Shown: positions 38,621 through 52,424 of the stretch, in pieces
Layout: each line of letters starts with the position of its first letter
How positions within the stretch are numbered: position 1 is the stretch's first letter
Source of the DNA: Eledone cirrhosa
Lineage: Eukaryota
Length of the DNA: 64,000 nucleotides
NCBI GenBank assembly: GCA_964016885.1
Contig: OZ024740.1
Span: 78,740,001 to 78,804,000 of the forward strand
Direction: 5' to 3'
Translations under genes and position numbers: made by a program
The notes under the pieces: generated by a model
What the model saw: the letters and a program-made list of their open reading frames with translations, nothing else
Database searches by the model: none
Told to the model about the DNA's origin: nothing

Positions 38621-39331
38621 TGTCATAATGATAGCAAGACAATAAGGAAGAAAGAGCATAAGGGGCAAGTAGGGCGAACTCTAGACCCTTGGTTGGACAG
38701 TTTATCTCTACTGTACCCTGTGGATATGATGGAGAACAGCCAGCAACACCCACTGCATCAGCCATTCCACCCCCAAAGCTCCTTCTTCAGGTATAATACC
38801 CTCATCCTAATTTGGCAGATACAAAATGTAGTCTGGAGATGAAAGATATTGTCAATCTCAATGCTGACTGGTTTAAAATGGAAACAGCCAGTCAATACCT
38901 TATATTTAACTTGCTTCCATTCCTCTTAATTTGGGGGTAGCAGTGCCTGGGTTGCTCTATATATATTTTGAATCAAAATTTTGTAGGTCCAGTAGACAAG
39001 TCAAATGTTGGTTTTCCACATTGTATTTCTGTGGGAAAAGAAATGACTTATACACAAAAATATGTGTGTATGTTTTGAATGTTCTTAATTAAATCATGAA
39101 AACCAAGTGTGCATGAGTACATATAAAATGCACCCAGCACACTCTGTAAGGAAGGAAGGTGGTGTAAGGAAGAACATACAGCCGTAGAAACCATATCAAT
39201 ATTTAGAATATTTAGAATGTAGGAGCGGCAGTAACACTGAATAAGAACTGACTTGAACCATGACAGCTCATCCAACCTATGCCATCATAGAAAGCAGATG
39301 TGCAACAATGATGTGTGTGTATGTATGTATG

Positions 39332-39384
<53 letters not shown>

Positions 39385-39449
39385 GTGGGTGATATTAAAT
39401 ATTATCCAATTACAAGTATGAAAATAGCTCAATGTAAAATAACAAGTAT

Positions 39450-40628
39450 ATTACAGAGTCGAAACACATTATAAATTACAATCAAAGAGTGTTTAAAACA
39501 TTTAATTACTTACAATTGTTTCATCCTAGCACAAGGCCAGACTCATCGGAGTATATAATAAAGGTCAAACAAATATAATATCAGAACTTTGTCATAAGAA
39601 CATTAGGAGGATACATAATATGGAAAGTAAACATAAGTATCAACATTTATATAAGATAAGATAACATAGGCGGAAGAAGCATATGAAAAATAGGAGCATA
39701 TAAATGCAATAAAATTAGGGACAGATAAAAGCATCAAAAATATTAAAAAAACATGTTGCTATAGAAAAACATGCTGCTACAGAAAGGTTAAGTGCAATGA
39801 AAGACATATATCATAAGCATTAAAAAAACAAAACATATATCATAAGCATTAAAATAAATTAATAAAGTTAATAAGAGCAGGCATGCTGTTCAAATATAAA
39901 TTTAAAAATACATCTCCAGAAGATATTTTTAATAAATGCATATAAAAAGTTTGACTACATAATTCAGTCATAATAATAAACCATTATTTTCCAAACCATT
40001 CAAAGGTAATGTTGAGTAAATATAATCAGCAAAGTAAAAATCAAATATAGATTTAAGAGTTATAAAGACACATCATCAAAAAGAAGTACCACATATTTGA
40101 ATAGAGGGGAGAAAGTCATGGATGCTTAAGCATAAAGAACTCCTTCTTTACATGGAGTTTATATGCATTATTAAAAAATCTTCCAGTGGATTGGCAGTAT
40201 CGGTAGAGAGTCGGATGCCATGCTTTCCAGCATAGTTACGTCCCTTTACGGTCTGAGTTCAAATCCCACCGAGGTTAACTTTGCCTTTCATCCTTACGGG
40301 GTTGATAAAATAAAGTGCCAGTAATGCACTGGGTAATTGCTGGCCTTGTGCCAAAAGTAGAAACAATTATTAAAAATATATTTTGGAGATGTATTTTTAA
40401 ATTTATATATTATAAATATATAACTGCATGACTACTCTTATTAACTTTATTCATTTTTTTAATGCTTATGATATATGTCTTTCACTGCACTTAACCTTTC
40501 TGTAGCAGCATGTTTTTCTATAGCAACATGTTTTTATTTTTTTATTTTTAATGCTTTTATCTGCCCCTAATTTTATTGCATTTATATGCTCCTATTTTTC
40601 ATATGCTTCTTCCGCCTATGTTATCTTA
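39450..40628. mobile_element. PLE 3' remnant with ~280-bp inverted duplication and decayed hammerhead
   Basis: 39655-39935 is inverted at 40366-40628. Minus-strand tact-CCGATGA-stem-GAAA-caattg-TA-agta at 39507-39553. Confidence 0.6.
40180..40365 (+). mobile_element. tRNA-derived SINE with Nin/Deu-like domain
   Basis: A-box-like tggcagtatcggtag, B-box gagttcaaatcc, then gcctttcatccttacggggttgataaaata. Confidence 0.75.
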
Positions 40629-41333
40629 TCATCATCATCATCATCATCGTTTAACGTCCATCTTCCACGCTTGCATGGGTTTGGACGGGAATTTTCCCAT
40701 TTGAGGCAAGATTGGTTGTCTTGCTCGTATAGGACTGTCTGGCGGGTTTTCTATGCCAACCATGTTTCCTATCACCAACCACATTTACAGTGTGGACTGG
40801 GAGGTTTTTACCGTGTTACCTACACAGCCACATTACAGCGTGGACTGTGTGTGTTTTTTGTCGTGATACCTACATGACCTCATTTATTTCGGACTGGATG
40901 TTGTGGTACCAACATAACTTTACATCGAAAGGGGTGGTGTGGATGGGGTGGGGGAAGTGGGACGGGGGTGTATTTTTGTTAAGAGGTGCCTACTGACTGT
41001 AGGTTTCGCTTTGTACTTAGGCAAGGCAGGTCTTCTGTATTACTGTGTAGCGCCAAAGATCTCGGTCCAGTGACATTGTCTTGGAGAGTTGTAAGTGTGT
41101 GAGGTCAGAATTTATCAAGTCGTCCCAGGTTTTTCTGGGTCTGCCTACTCCGTGGCTACCGTCTATTTTTATCGCCCTGCCCTTTTTTACACAGCTGTTG
41201 TCTTTCATGCCAACGTAGTCTTCTCTCGAGTAAACAACATCTGATCCCTCTTATTCCTAATTTCTCCCTTAGTTCATTTATGCTTTGCCGTTCACGTATA
41301 TTACTATTACACATCCAACGGAGCATGCAAGCT
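40628..41333 (-). mobile_element. RTE family A 3' fragment
   Basis: ACMLRWMC..GRPRKTW, family A 3' UTR, (CAT)n at 40628-40647. Confidence 0.9.
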
Positions 41334-41554
41334 ATAGAAATCAAATTTCTGTAGACTTTTGACTGAGGAATGTTCTAACAACTGACCAATGAAAGGAGAA
41401 GAGGCCATTTGATGCTGAAATTTGTTTGTTTAAATTCATATGATTCCAGTTCCTCAGTGAAATAACAACCCAACCAGGAACTGGGCATATCAGAGTATTG
41501 ACAAAGTTATACACCTCAACAACATGTGTACTCGTCTCTACCACACTAATTCGG

Positions 41555-41609
41555 ACTGCCTGAAGCGGTCACAGCCAAAGATGGCTGTCACCGAAATATA
41601 TATAGCAGT
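41555..41609 (+). ncRNA. Hammerhead ribozyme variant in a probable PLE pLTR remnant (about 41340-41730)
   Basis: actgc-CTGAAGC-ggtcacagcca aaga tggctgtcacc-GAAA-tatata-TA-gcagt, then AATAAA and (TA)n. A9 is replaced by C. Confidence 0.7.
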
Positions 41610-41725
41610 AATAAACGAAGCCAAATTTTAAACATTTGACTTATTTATTTTATTTTATATTACTCCGGAGTAACCAAACCAAACCAACCTGCGCACTTCG
41701 TGTTGGTATACAACCAATATATACT

Positions 41726-41778
<53 letters not shown>

Positions 41779-41782
<4 letters not shown>

Positions 41783-41860
41783 AGGGTGTCCCCAAAAATG
41801 TATACACACTTTTATTAGAATGCTGTTGAAGTCTGTATAATTTTATGTGTGTATTTATAT
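41779..41860 (+). mobile_element. Tc1/mariner-type terminus
   Basis: ta-cagggtgtccccaaaaatgtatacacacttt resembles a mariner TIR; no partner TIR found. Confidence 0.45.
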
Positions 41861-41861
41861 A

Positions 41862-42392
41862 TCTTATATATAAAGTGAAGTTGGGCATTGTTTGGTGTAC
41901 CGAACTTGCATGCTACACCGTTCATCCAATTTTCATGAAACCTCACACATATATAAAACTCAACGCGTAGAGTGGAATAGGCTACTTGAAAATTTCGAAA
42001 AATCGATAATCGGGACCCCAGAAGCCAAAAATCGATATTTTCAAAAATCGATGAAACTCGACGCTACATTAAATTTTCGAAAAATCGATAATTGGATCAC
42101 CAGAGGCAAAAATCAGGACAACTCTAACTTACTCTCTTTCCCTCTCTTCCACCTCACTGGCGCAGCCACACCTCCTGCCTGCTGATAAAATACATAGATA
42201 GATTAACACACACATATATAGTTATGTATATACTCTCTTTCCCTCTCTTCCACCTCACTGGCGCAGCCAAAACCTCCTGCCTGCTGATAAAATACATACA
42301 TAGATAAACACACACATATATAGTTATGTATATATGTATGTGTATGTGTATATATATATATATATATGTGTGTGTGTATATATATGTGTGTG

Positions 42393-42423
<31 letters not shown>

Positions 42424-43652
42424 ATATATATGTCGTTCCACAGCATCGTCATGCCTCACCATGCCGCATCCATGCTCTGTCAGCCACCATGCCCTCCCCT
42501 TCCCTCTCCCTTACCCGCACGACTTGGTCCTTCACGAGTGCCATAGTTCACCATGCGGAATCCCTGCAACCGTCAATCCCGGCCATCTCCCTTCCCTGCA
42601 TGCCGTCGTCCCACTGCATCGTCATGCATCACCATGCCGCATCAATGCTCTGTCAGCCGCCATCCCCTCCTTGGCCCTTTTTCCTGCCCGCAGTGCTCCT
42701 TCAAGACTGCCATGGATCACCATGCGGCATCCTTGCCACCGTCCACCCCTGCCCTCTTCCTTTCCTGCTGGCCGTCGCCCCACTACATCTTCATGCCTCA
42801 GGATGCTACCGCCATGCACTGTCAGCCACCATCCCATCCTCGGCCCTTTCTTTTGCCTGACCGCCGTGCTCCTTCAAGACTCCCATGGCTATCTATGCCG
42901 CATCAATTCCTTGCCACCCGCTTAAATGTCATCAGTATGGCTTATTGTTGCCTCATTTGATCACCGATTTTCGCAGGCTAAACACAATACCAACGTGCAC
43001 GATAGTCCATGGTAAATCTTTTTAATTACATGTTCTTGAGGCTGTTACAAAGGGCAATAACCCTAGACGCAATTTTGATCAACTTTTTTTCACATATAGC
43101 AAATTTACCGGGACAGGTCTTTAGCTACTCAAATCTACTTCAGAGGTCACGCGTTCATGTAAAAAATCAATAAAACTGAAGCGGGGGTTCGACTTTGCGC
43201 AAAAAACAAGGCAAAGTTGCAGATGGGATAATTTTTTACAGGAACGTCCGATTTTTGTGAAAACTGTCGCAAATGAATCGTCCATTAGGCCGCGATTCAC
43301 ATAAAGTCCCTTTATTTCTTCTTCTGCACATGTGAGCGCCAAAATTGTAAACAAAAATAAATATTTGAAAAAATCGACTTTTTCACCCTGCTTTAAAAAT
43401 CAACTGAAAATTCAATTTCAAGTGAATTTGACTTCCGTCAGTCTTGCAAAGAACAATTTCAACGATACACTGTGAACCTACAATTGATCCATTATTTATG
43501 CTCAATTACACACCTGCGTATACTAACCTCTGTTTTTTTCCTTGAGGTTCGAAGGTTTTTGCACCTGTGATGCGCGGGAAGTAACTTTCAAACATTTTAA
43601 CAACAGACCAAAGTTCGACTTACACCCGGGAAACGCCGGGTACTTCTGCTAG
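41862..43652 (+). mobile_element. Non-autonomous Helitron
   Basis: 5' a|TCTTATATATAAAG; 3' hairpin acccgg-gaaacg-ccgggt (43624-43641) followed by CTAG|t. Internal ~103-bp duplication (42130-42330) and GC-rich repetitive segment (42440-42920). Confidence 0.85.
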
Positions 43653-43671
43653 TATATATATATATATATAT

Positions 43672-43820
43672 ATCATCATTTCATTTTACGTCCGCTTTTT
43701 CCCTGCTTGCAAGGGTGGGACAGGAACTGATTCTGGCTTGCTTTCTACAGCTGGATGCCCTTCCTAACACCAACCTCATTTACAATGAGTGCTGGGTGCT
43801 TTTTTGCTGTGGCACCTCCA
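43672..43820 (-). mobile_element. 3' part of RTE-tailed SINE (family B tail)
   Basis: Nearly identical to 60441-60585. Confidence 0.7.
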
Positions 43821-43835
43821 TATATATATATATTA

Positions 43836-44375
43836 CATCATCATCATCATCATTTAACGTCCATATTCCACGCTTGCATGGGTTTGGACGGGAGTTTTCC
43901 CACTTGAGGCAAGAGTGGTTGTCTTGCTCGCATAGGACTGTCTGGCAGGTTTTCTATGGCTGGATGCCCTTCCTAACACCAACCACATTTACAGTGTGGA
44001 ACTGGGAGGTTTTTACCGTGTTACCTACACGGCCACATTACAGCGTGGACTGTGTGTTTTTTTGTCGTGACACCTACACGACCTCATTTGTTTTGGGCTG
44101 GATGTTGTGGTACCAACCTAACTTTACATTGAAAGGGGTGGTGTGGATGGGGTAGGGGTAGTGGGACGGGGGTGTATTTTGTTAGAGGTGCCTACTGACT
44201 GTAGTAGGTTTCACTTTGTACTTAGGTAAGGCGGGTCTTCTCTATTACTGTGTAGCGCCAAAGGTCTCGGTCCAGTGACATTGTCTTGGAGAGGTGTAAG
44301 TGTGTGAGGTCGGAATTTATCAAGTCGTCCCAGGTTTTTCTGGGTCTGCCTACTCTGTGGCTACCGTCTATTTTT
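43836..44375 (-). mobile_element. RTE family A 3' fragment
   Basis: IKIDGSHRVGRPRKTW..EKTRLT*, 3' UTR, (CAT)n tail. Confidence 0.9.
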
Positions 44376-45824
44376 ATTATATATATATACATGTGTGTGT
44401 GTGTGTGCATCTGCGCACACACACACATTTATTATTATTGTTGTCTTTGTCATCACCATTGTCACTGCTATTACTGTTATCACCATGGTCATTGTCAAGT
44501 TCTAAATTAGTTCTTTGAATCCCTATCTTTGACATCTTTAAAACAATGAGCAATGACTTCCTCACAACTGTAAAGGGCTTAAATAGGATGAAAATAATGT
44601 AAGTTAGCTGTGAAGGATGTTGTTTTTAAAATATATTCATAGCTGTGACACCTCTTGAACTCTGAAGGTAGAGTATGACTAATTATACTTTTATCTTTAG
44701 AAAAGATTTTTTGATCCTTGGCATGACAGTTTGACCCTTTCAAGACATTTAGGAAAAAGAAAGCTGTGCTGAGGGAATTTTGTTCATTTTTATATATAAT
44801 TTAATAGATTAGGCTTTTTGAAAATAGATTAGATTTTATGAAATTATTAAGAGAACTTAAAAATTTATAAATATCTGAGAGTTACTATGCTATCAGTATC
44901 ATGAATCTTTTTAATCAACCCTTTCCATAACACATTTCTTTCTAATGAAGGACATAGCCTATGATTTTCAAATAATTTTTCAAATAATTAAGAATTTGAA
45001 TGGGTTTACTAAAATAACAAATTTTTCATTATTTAGTATGATTAAGTTTGGAGCATGACTTAACAAAGGTTCTGACATAAAATTATGATGAAAAGTTATT
45101 CAATAAATATAAACACTTTAAAACAGTTTTTTTAAATAGAACCTGGAGTGGCTCAATATCAGAAGGGTTATTCTAAGTTTTACTCCTATTTGCCATTTTT
45201 CCTTTAGTTGCCTAATTTCTTGATATCCTTTCCCTTGGGTTGAATTTAGATTCTTTATTTCTATTTTGGGCTTCAAAATTCTTAACCACTGCCTAATAGT
45301 ATATATAAGTTGATATATCTCCAAAGTTGATTGTGATATTAGCACAGTAGTTTAAAACATTGAAGCTCTGTATAAGCAATAAAGTTCTGAGATAGGAAAT
45401 CTTTATATGTGAGAATAAAGTACCAGAATATGATCAGCAACTGTTCCCAGTCACAATATAATGTTAAATGCATAAATTTAAGGTTTTTATTTCAGTAACT
45501 TATCTCAAAAAGTTTTAAACACACTAGCAATAGATCACTTCAAATATATACATTTGGACTAACAGTTTTCATACCTTAGATATACAGTACGCTATGTATA
45601 GAATCACCCTCATGTAAAATCTATATGAAAAAAATTTGATTTTCAAGCTGGCTTTTTGTTTCTGAAATATAAATAAACATTGTGTTTATTCTTAGAATTC
45701 CCTTGAAATATAGCTTGCTTATTTCCTTACTAATATCCTAACTATCCATTTATAAGCTCTTTGAGTTTTATTTCTTCACATTTGAATTTAACTGTTTGTT
45801 TTATTTACTGGAATAAAAATTAAT

Positions 45825-46245
45825 TGAGCATGCTCTGTAGATGTGTAATGTTAGATGTGTAATGTTAGTGTGCATAAACAACAGAGCTTAGATGAGTTGA
45901 GAGAAAAACTAGGTATAAGAGGAATCAGTTGTACATAGTATGCCAGAGAGAATATTGCACTAGTGCAGGCCCATAGATGAGTTTAGAGAAAAAAGTAGGT
46001 ATATGAGGAATTAGATGTAATGTGAGAAAGAGAATATTGTACTGATATGGTCATAATGTATTTAAATGATGACCATTGAAGGAAGAAGTGTGAGGCGTTC
46101 TACAGGGAAGGAAGACATAGGTGAAAGCAGATTTCAGGATGCTGAAACCTCATAAAGGAGATTACAAAGGAATGAGACTTGTGGAAAGGACTTATCTAAC
46201 CCATGCAAGCATGGAAATACAAATGTAAAAATGATAATGATGATC
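45825..46245 (+). mobile_element. Highly degenerate RTE 3' fragment
   Basis: LDELREKLGIRGI-like repeats and RTE tail aacccatgcaagcatggaaa..atgataatgatgat. Confidence 0.6.
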
Positions 46246-47488
46246 TTGAGAATAGAAATACATTTTAAATATACATATATGTGTGTTGGTTTATAGACTC
46301 TTCTGTTAACATGTCTATTGACAAAATACAAAAAGTGAAAAACAGTCATTGGTATCCTACTTAAAGACATCTATTAATCATTTAGAAAGATATTTCTAGT
46401 ATCGTGTTGTTCATTATTTTATTTAGAGTAAGTTCAGTCATAGTATAGACTGGTTTGTAATAGATAGTTGCATTTTGCTGCAACTCGATAAGGTTTTAAA
46501 TGTGTATTAAAATGTATTCTACAGTGTAAGAAGAAAAAAAAAGGGAATTATTAATTTCTACTGGTATGGTGAAATACTTACTTTTACATTAGAAAGTATT
46601 TACTTACTTAAAACCTGCTCTTTTATACTTCTTTTATTACCTACGAAACCTCCAACTTGAAAGTTTAGATTGTCAACAAATAACTGTCATCATTATCATC
46701 ATTGTTTTGACATCTGCGTTTCCATGCTGGCATGGGTTGTATGTGACTCTTTGAGGTGCAGGCATGGCTGTGTAGTTAGAAACTTTGTAAACATATGGTT
46801 TGGGGTTTAGGCCTACTGTGTAGTACATTGGGTCAACCAATGTCTTGTAAGTGAAATTTGGTAGACAGAAACTGTAGAAACCCATTGTATCATCACCATC
46901 AATATTGTTTTATGTCTGTTTTCCATGCTAGCATGGACTGGATAAGTTGCCATGGTCTGTGACTGGACTAGAGTGGGAGGACCACGTCTTGCTCATGTTC
47001 CATTTTCGATATGATTTCTTCCTAGTGCCAATCACCTTACAAGGTGTACGGGGTGCATTTTATTGTGGCACTGGCATTACCACTTTTCAGAATGAACTGC
47101 ATCAATTTTATCGTGGCACCAACACTAGAGAGGTGGTTGTGACAACAGCAGGATGTTTAGAGGCAATGAAAGAGGGCCCCAAGCTATCCCTAGTTTTGTG
47201 TGTAGTATGGTGCAAAGAATTTTAGAGGAGGGAGAAAAGTGATTTGAATGAGAATAGGGAGAGATAGAACAGGTAGGATAGCTCAGATAGTAAAATTGTG
47301 TATGTAGCAAATTAAAGGAGGGTGGGGCTGGGGACTTAACAAGAATGTATAGGGTGGTCCTTTTGCAACAGTAGACAGGGCTTTTCTAGCATACCAAGCT
47401 GCAAATCCATAGTCATATTTTTTATACAACTGACATTCTCCATTCTTACATGTATGTGTGCGAGTGTATATGTCTATATACTTGATGC

Positions 47489-47535
<47 letters not shown>

Positions 47536-47544
47536 TATATTTAT

Positions 47545-48220
47545 TGATAAGTAGGAAAGAGAACAAGACTGATTCCATCAGGGAAATATCCATGCTCGAT
47601 ATGTAGAAAAAGAGTTGGCATAAACTCTAGAATGTACACACTGCAGATCTTGGGTTCACAAGATGTGCAGTGGGATAGCAGGCAAACGAACAGGAAAGGA
47701 AAAATTTGTATGTAGTAGATGTTCATGGAAAATTGATAGAAGTGTCAGTGATAGGCACATTTTCAAATGCAGGTAGGATCTATAGAGGTGGTTGATAGCT
47801 TCCGATATCTAAGTGATCAGATTAGCAAGGGAGGAGGATGCTCCAAGGCCATAGTATCTAGAATTGGAACAGAATGGAAGAAGTTTAGGGAGCTGCTTCC
47901 TCTGTTGACAATGAAAGGTTTCTCCCTGCGAATGAAAGGTCGGTTTTATGATGCCTGTGTGATATGCGCAATGCTGCATGGTAGTGAGACAACAGCTGTG
48001 GAGGATATGCGAAGGCTGGAGAGAAATGAAGTGAGCATGCTCCAATAGATGTGCAATGTCTGTATGAATGACCAAGCATGGACGAGTTAAGAGAGAACTG
48101 TGTATAAGAGGAATAAACTGTAGTGTGCAGGAGAGAAGACTGTTGGTATGGCCATGTGATGCACAACGATGATGACTGCTGGGTGAAGAAGTGCCAGGTA
48201 ATCCCAGTGGAAGGAAGTCA
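47545..48220 (+). mobile_element. Degenerate RTE family B fragment
   Basis: PHD remnant, SIEVVDSFRYLSDQIS, KGRFYDAC, WYGHVM. Confidence 0.8.
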
Positions 48221-48234
48221 CAGTCATATATATA

Positions 48235-51200
48235 TCATCATCATCAGGTTTAGCGTCCGTGTTCCACGCTTGCATGGGTTTGGACGGGGGTTTTCCCACT
48301 TGAGGCAAGAGTGGTTGTCTTGCTCGCATAGGACTGTCTGGCGGGTTTTCTACAGTTGGATGCCCTTCCTAACACCAACCACATTTACAGTGTGGGCTGG
48401 GAGGTTTTTACCGTGTTGCCTACACGGCCACATTACAGCGTGGACTGTCTGGCGGGTTTTCTACAGCTGGATACCCTTCCTAACACCAACCACATTTACA
48501 GTGTGGGGCTGGGAGGTTTTTACCGTGTTGCCTACACGGCCACATTTACAGCGTGGACTGTGTGTTTTTTTGTCGTGACACCTACACGATCTCATTTGTT
48601 TTGGCCTGGATGTTGTGGGACCAACATAACTTTACATTGAAAGGGGCGGTGTGGATGGGGTGGAGGTGGTGGGACGGGGGGGGGGGTGTTTTGATAGAGA
48701 TGCCTACTGACTGTAGTAGGTTTTTACTTTGTATTTAGGTAAGGCGGGTCTTCTCTATTACTGAGTACCGCCAAAGGTCTTGGTCCAGTGACATTGTCTT
48801 GGAGAGGTGTAAGCCTGTGAGGTCGGAATTTATCAGCTCGTCCCATGTTTTTCTGGGTCTGCCTACCCCGTGGCTACCGTCTATCTTTATTGCCCTGCAC
48901 TTTGTTATACAGCTGTCGTCTTTCATGCGCATCACGTGACCGTACCAACGTAGCCTTCTCTCGAGTAAACAACATCTGATCCCTCTTATTTCTAATTTTT
49001 TCCTTAGTTCGTTTATGCTTTGCCGTTCACGTATATTACTATTGCACATCCAGCGGAGCATGCAAGCTTCGTTCCTCTCTAGTCGGCGTATATCCTCTGC
49101 ACACAATGCCCAGGTCTCACTGCCATGCAGCATTGCTGTTCGTATGCAGGCATCGTATAACCTGCCTTTCATTTTTAGGGAGAACCCTCTAGCGGCTAAT
49201 AGTGGTATAAGCTCTCTGATAATGGAACGAGGGGACTCTGTCGAAGGCTTTCTCCAAGTCGACAAAAGCTAAGTAGAGGGGTTTACCTTTAGCTAGGTAC
49301 TTATCCTGTAGTTGTCGTACAATGAAAAGAGCGTCTGTGGTACTTTTGCCTGACACAAATCCGAACTGCATTTCATCTAGATCAATTCTCTCTCTGATTA
49401 GTTGCGCTATTACTTTTTCCGTGACCTTCATGACCTGGTCGATTAATTTAATGCCTCTATAGTTACTCCTATCTAGGGCATCTCCTTTGCCCTTATAGCA
49501 GTTAACGATGATGCTGCTACGCCAGTCCTTCGGAACAACCCCATTCTGTACGACTTGGTTAACTATCCGGGTGACCATGGTGTGTCCCACCGAACCAGAT
49601 GCCTTCAGCATCTCAGCAACTATTTCCGAAGGACCAGCCGCCTTACCCGTCTTCATATCTTTGATTGCCTTGCTTATTGTACTACCCTGGACTAACACTG
49701 CTGGTCCCTCTATTGGGTCGATGTGGGGGAGACTGTCTTTCTCCCATTTGTTCTCCTAATTTAGAAGCCTTTCGTAGTGACACTTCCAAGCTACCTTCTT
49801 ATCAGCGTCGGTGATGGCAAGTATGCCATCATCGTTAAGTACACACTTCTCCCCGACAATATCACGGTTTTCCTTGACACATTGCCTGGCAATCCTGAAC
49901 ACCTCACGTTTTTGGTCCTCACGTTGTAGAACATGCTTGAACTTTCTTTCCTCTGCTTCCCTTCTTGCGAAGTACACTTGTCTCCTAGCTTCCCTCCTGG
50001 CCACCTGATAGTCTGCTCTACTTCCCCCATCCTGCCATGCTTTCCAAGCCTGCTTTTTGGCCTTAATTGACTCCTCCACCTTACTGTTCCACCACCATGT
50101 TACTCTCCTCCTACCTACAGGCCTGCTCCAGCCACAGACTTCGTCTGCCGCCGTCAGCAGGTTTGCTCTCAGGAATTCCCACTGTTCCTCTATATTATAC
50201 GACTCTAATTGCTCTTCCTTACTGTCGAAAGCGTCAAGTAATATGCTTTGAAATTTATTTCTGGCTATGGGGTCCTTTAGCTTCCATATTTTTCTCCTGA
50301 GGATAGTCCTCTTCCGCTGTCTAGTACGTCTCGTCCTGACTATGAGGTCGCTAATTATCAGTCTATGTTGGGAGGTGAATTCTTCATGGGGAGGGATTTA
50401 GTGTTAACAACAGACACTCTGTCACGTCTTCTGGTAAGGATATAATCTACCTGGCTTGTGTGTTCCCCCGATCTATAGGTGATCAAGTGATTGTCTCGTT
50501 TTTTGAAGTTAGTGTTACAGATAGTTAAGTTATTTGCGTCGCAGAATTCCAGGATTCTGGAGCCTTCCTCATTTCTAGTACCGAACCCATAGCCTCCATG
50601 GATTCCGTCATAGCCGTCACAATGTTGTCCAACGTGACCATTTAGGTCGCCTGCAATAACTATATAGTCACTGTCGGTTATTTGGGAGGTAGCGAGCATC
50701 AGTGTCTCGTAGAATCTGTCTTTTATAGCACCGGGCAGTCCGGATTGTGGTGCGTACGCAGATATTACTGTTACCGTAGTTTTATTGAGGACAAGTCTTA
50801 TTTTAATTATTCTGTCGTTCACTCTATTTACGTCTATTATCTTATCTGCCCACTTTTCTGCTACCATGATTCCTACCCCACCCAACCCATTGTCATTTCC
50901 CACCCAGAAAAGCTTATAGCATCGTTCTTTACCCACGATGAATCTAGCCGACCCTCCCCTCCACCTGGTCTCTTGAATACAACAAACATCGACCTCCTTA
51001 CGTTCAAGCATTTCTACAACCTCGTTAGAGCGACCCTGTAAGGTGCCTACATTCATGGTACCAACTCTGAAGTTTTGGATTGCGTTTGGAGGGTGGGAGC
51101 GGTGGGGCGCGGGGGGGGGGGGTTATGTTAGCCATCCTGGGCCGAAACAAGGCGGAGTGCTTGCATTCTCGTCCACGAGGTGAATTTGTCTTTATCTTTG

Positions 51201-51320
51201 GCATTGTCGCTGAGCGTCCACATTTTTCTCTCTTCAACTCTCCAGAATTCCGTAGTCCATCCAGCATATCGAAAAGCAACCAGTTAAGCGATAGTATGGG
51301 CCTCTGACTTATGATTGGTC
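48235..51320 (-). mobile_element. Near-full-length RTE family A with ~0.7-kb internal deletion of the RT core
   Basis: APE 50358..51056 (MNVGTLQGR, GDLNGHVG, SQVDYIL). The RT N-half to DRVP is fused directly to RELIPLL near 49217. The 3' UTR has a ~120-bp duplication; tail at 48235. Confidence 0.93.
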
Positions 51321-51384
51321 TACGTAATAATGGTGGTGCGTGGGGGTGGGTGGGAGGGACGATGGGTTGTTAGCGAGAATGTAA

Positions 51385-51585
51385 GGTTTAAGATAAGATC
51401 GCCGTATTTTGGGCATAATTTAACAATAAACGAAAATACAAGATTTGTTTTGTTTAAGAAAATACGATAGAGAAAATGCGGTGATAGGGAAAATATGATA
51501 TAGAATGGTTTAAGATAAGATCGCCGTATTTTGGGCATAATTTAACAATAAACGAAAATACAAGATTTGTTTTGTTTAAGAAATA
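51385..51585. repeat. ~80-bp direct duplication
   Basis: ggtttaag(a)ataagatcgccgtattttgggcataatttaacaataaacgaaa..gtttaagaaa at 51385 and 51507. Confidence 0.8.
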
Positions 51586-52424
51586 TATATATATATATGT
51601 TTATATATGACCGTGTCTGTGCCAGTGTTTGTTTGTGACTGTGTTTTGTATTTATGTCCCATAACTTAATTGTTTGGCAAAAAGAAATTGACAGAATTAA
51701 TACCAGACTTGAAAAAATAAAAGGCGCTGCGCTCGATATAATCAACTAAATCCCCTGAAAGCAGTGCCCCAACATGGCCACAGTCTAGTGACTGAAACCA
51801 GTAAAGAAAAAAAAATTATGACTAGGTACTACTCTTGATACTAACTCTTTTAGTTATCTCTTATGCAACGTGGGAATACTGTTTACGGCTAGTAAACAAA
51901 GTCAAATGTTTTATTCATATGCATTTACATAAACAACGGCAACCATGTTCAAAATATATTTTTTAAATGTTAGTTATTTAGAGAAGAAAGAGCAGCACTA
52001 TTACCTATGACTCTTTCTTAGGCTTCGGAGGCTGATGGGAGGAAGTTATCCTCTGAAGAATCCTGGTATGAGTGCTTGAAATATAGAAGACTTGCATGAC
52101 CATAGGCACACCCCTTTCTCCAAACTATTAAAAATATAAACAAAAGATAGACTTTGTTTTTATAATACTGTATGTCCTCCTCTGATGCACAAGCTGAGGC
52201 AAGGTGTTCTTATGGAAGATCAGTAGTCATCTAATGCCACAGATGTTGTCCAAGGGAAAGCTTGGTACCAGTGACATCGCAACTCATTTTTTCAGCTGAG
52301 TGAGCTGATGCAATGTGAAATAAAGCTCAAGAACACAACAGAAATCAAACTCCCAACCTCACAATTGTGAGCCAAATGTTCTAACCACTAATCCACATGC
52401 CTTGACATTTTTATTATTAATAAA

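Noticed and set aside
51025-51279. Separate ORF1 of RTE family A
   Set aside because: More likely the frameshifted N-terminal extension of the single ORF (G homopolymer at 51111-51122); no domain recognisable.
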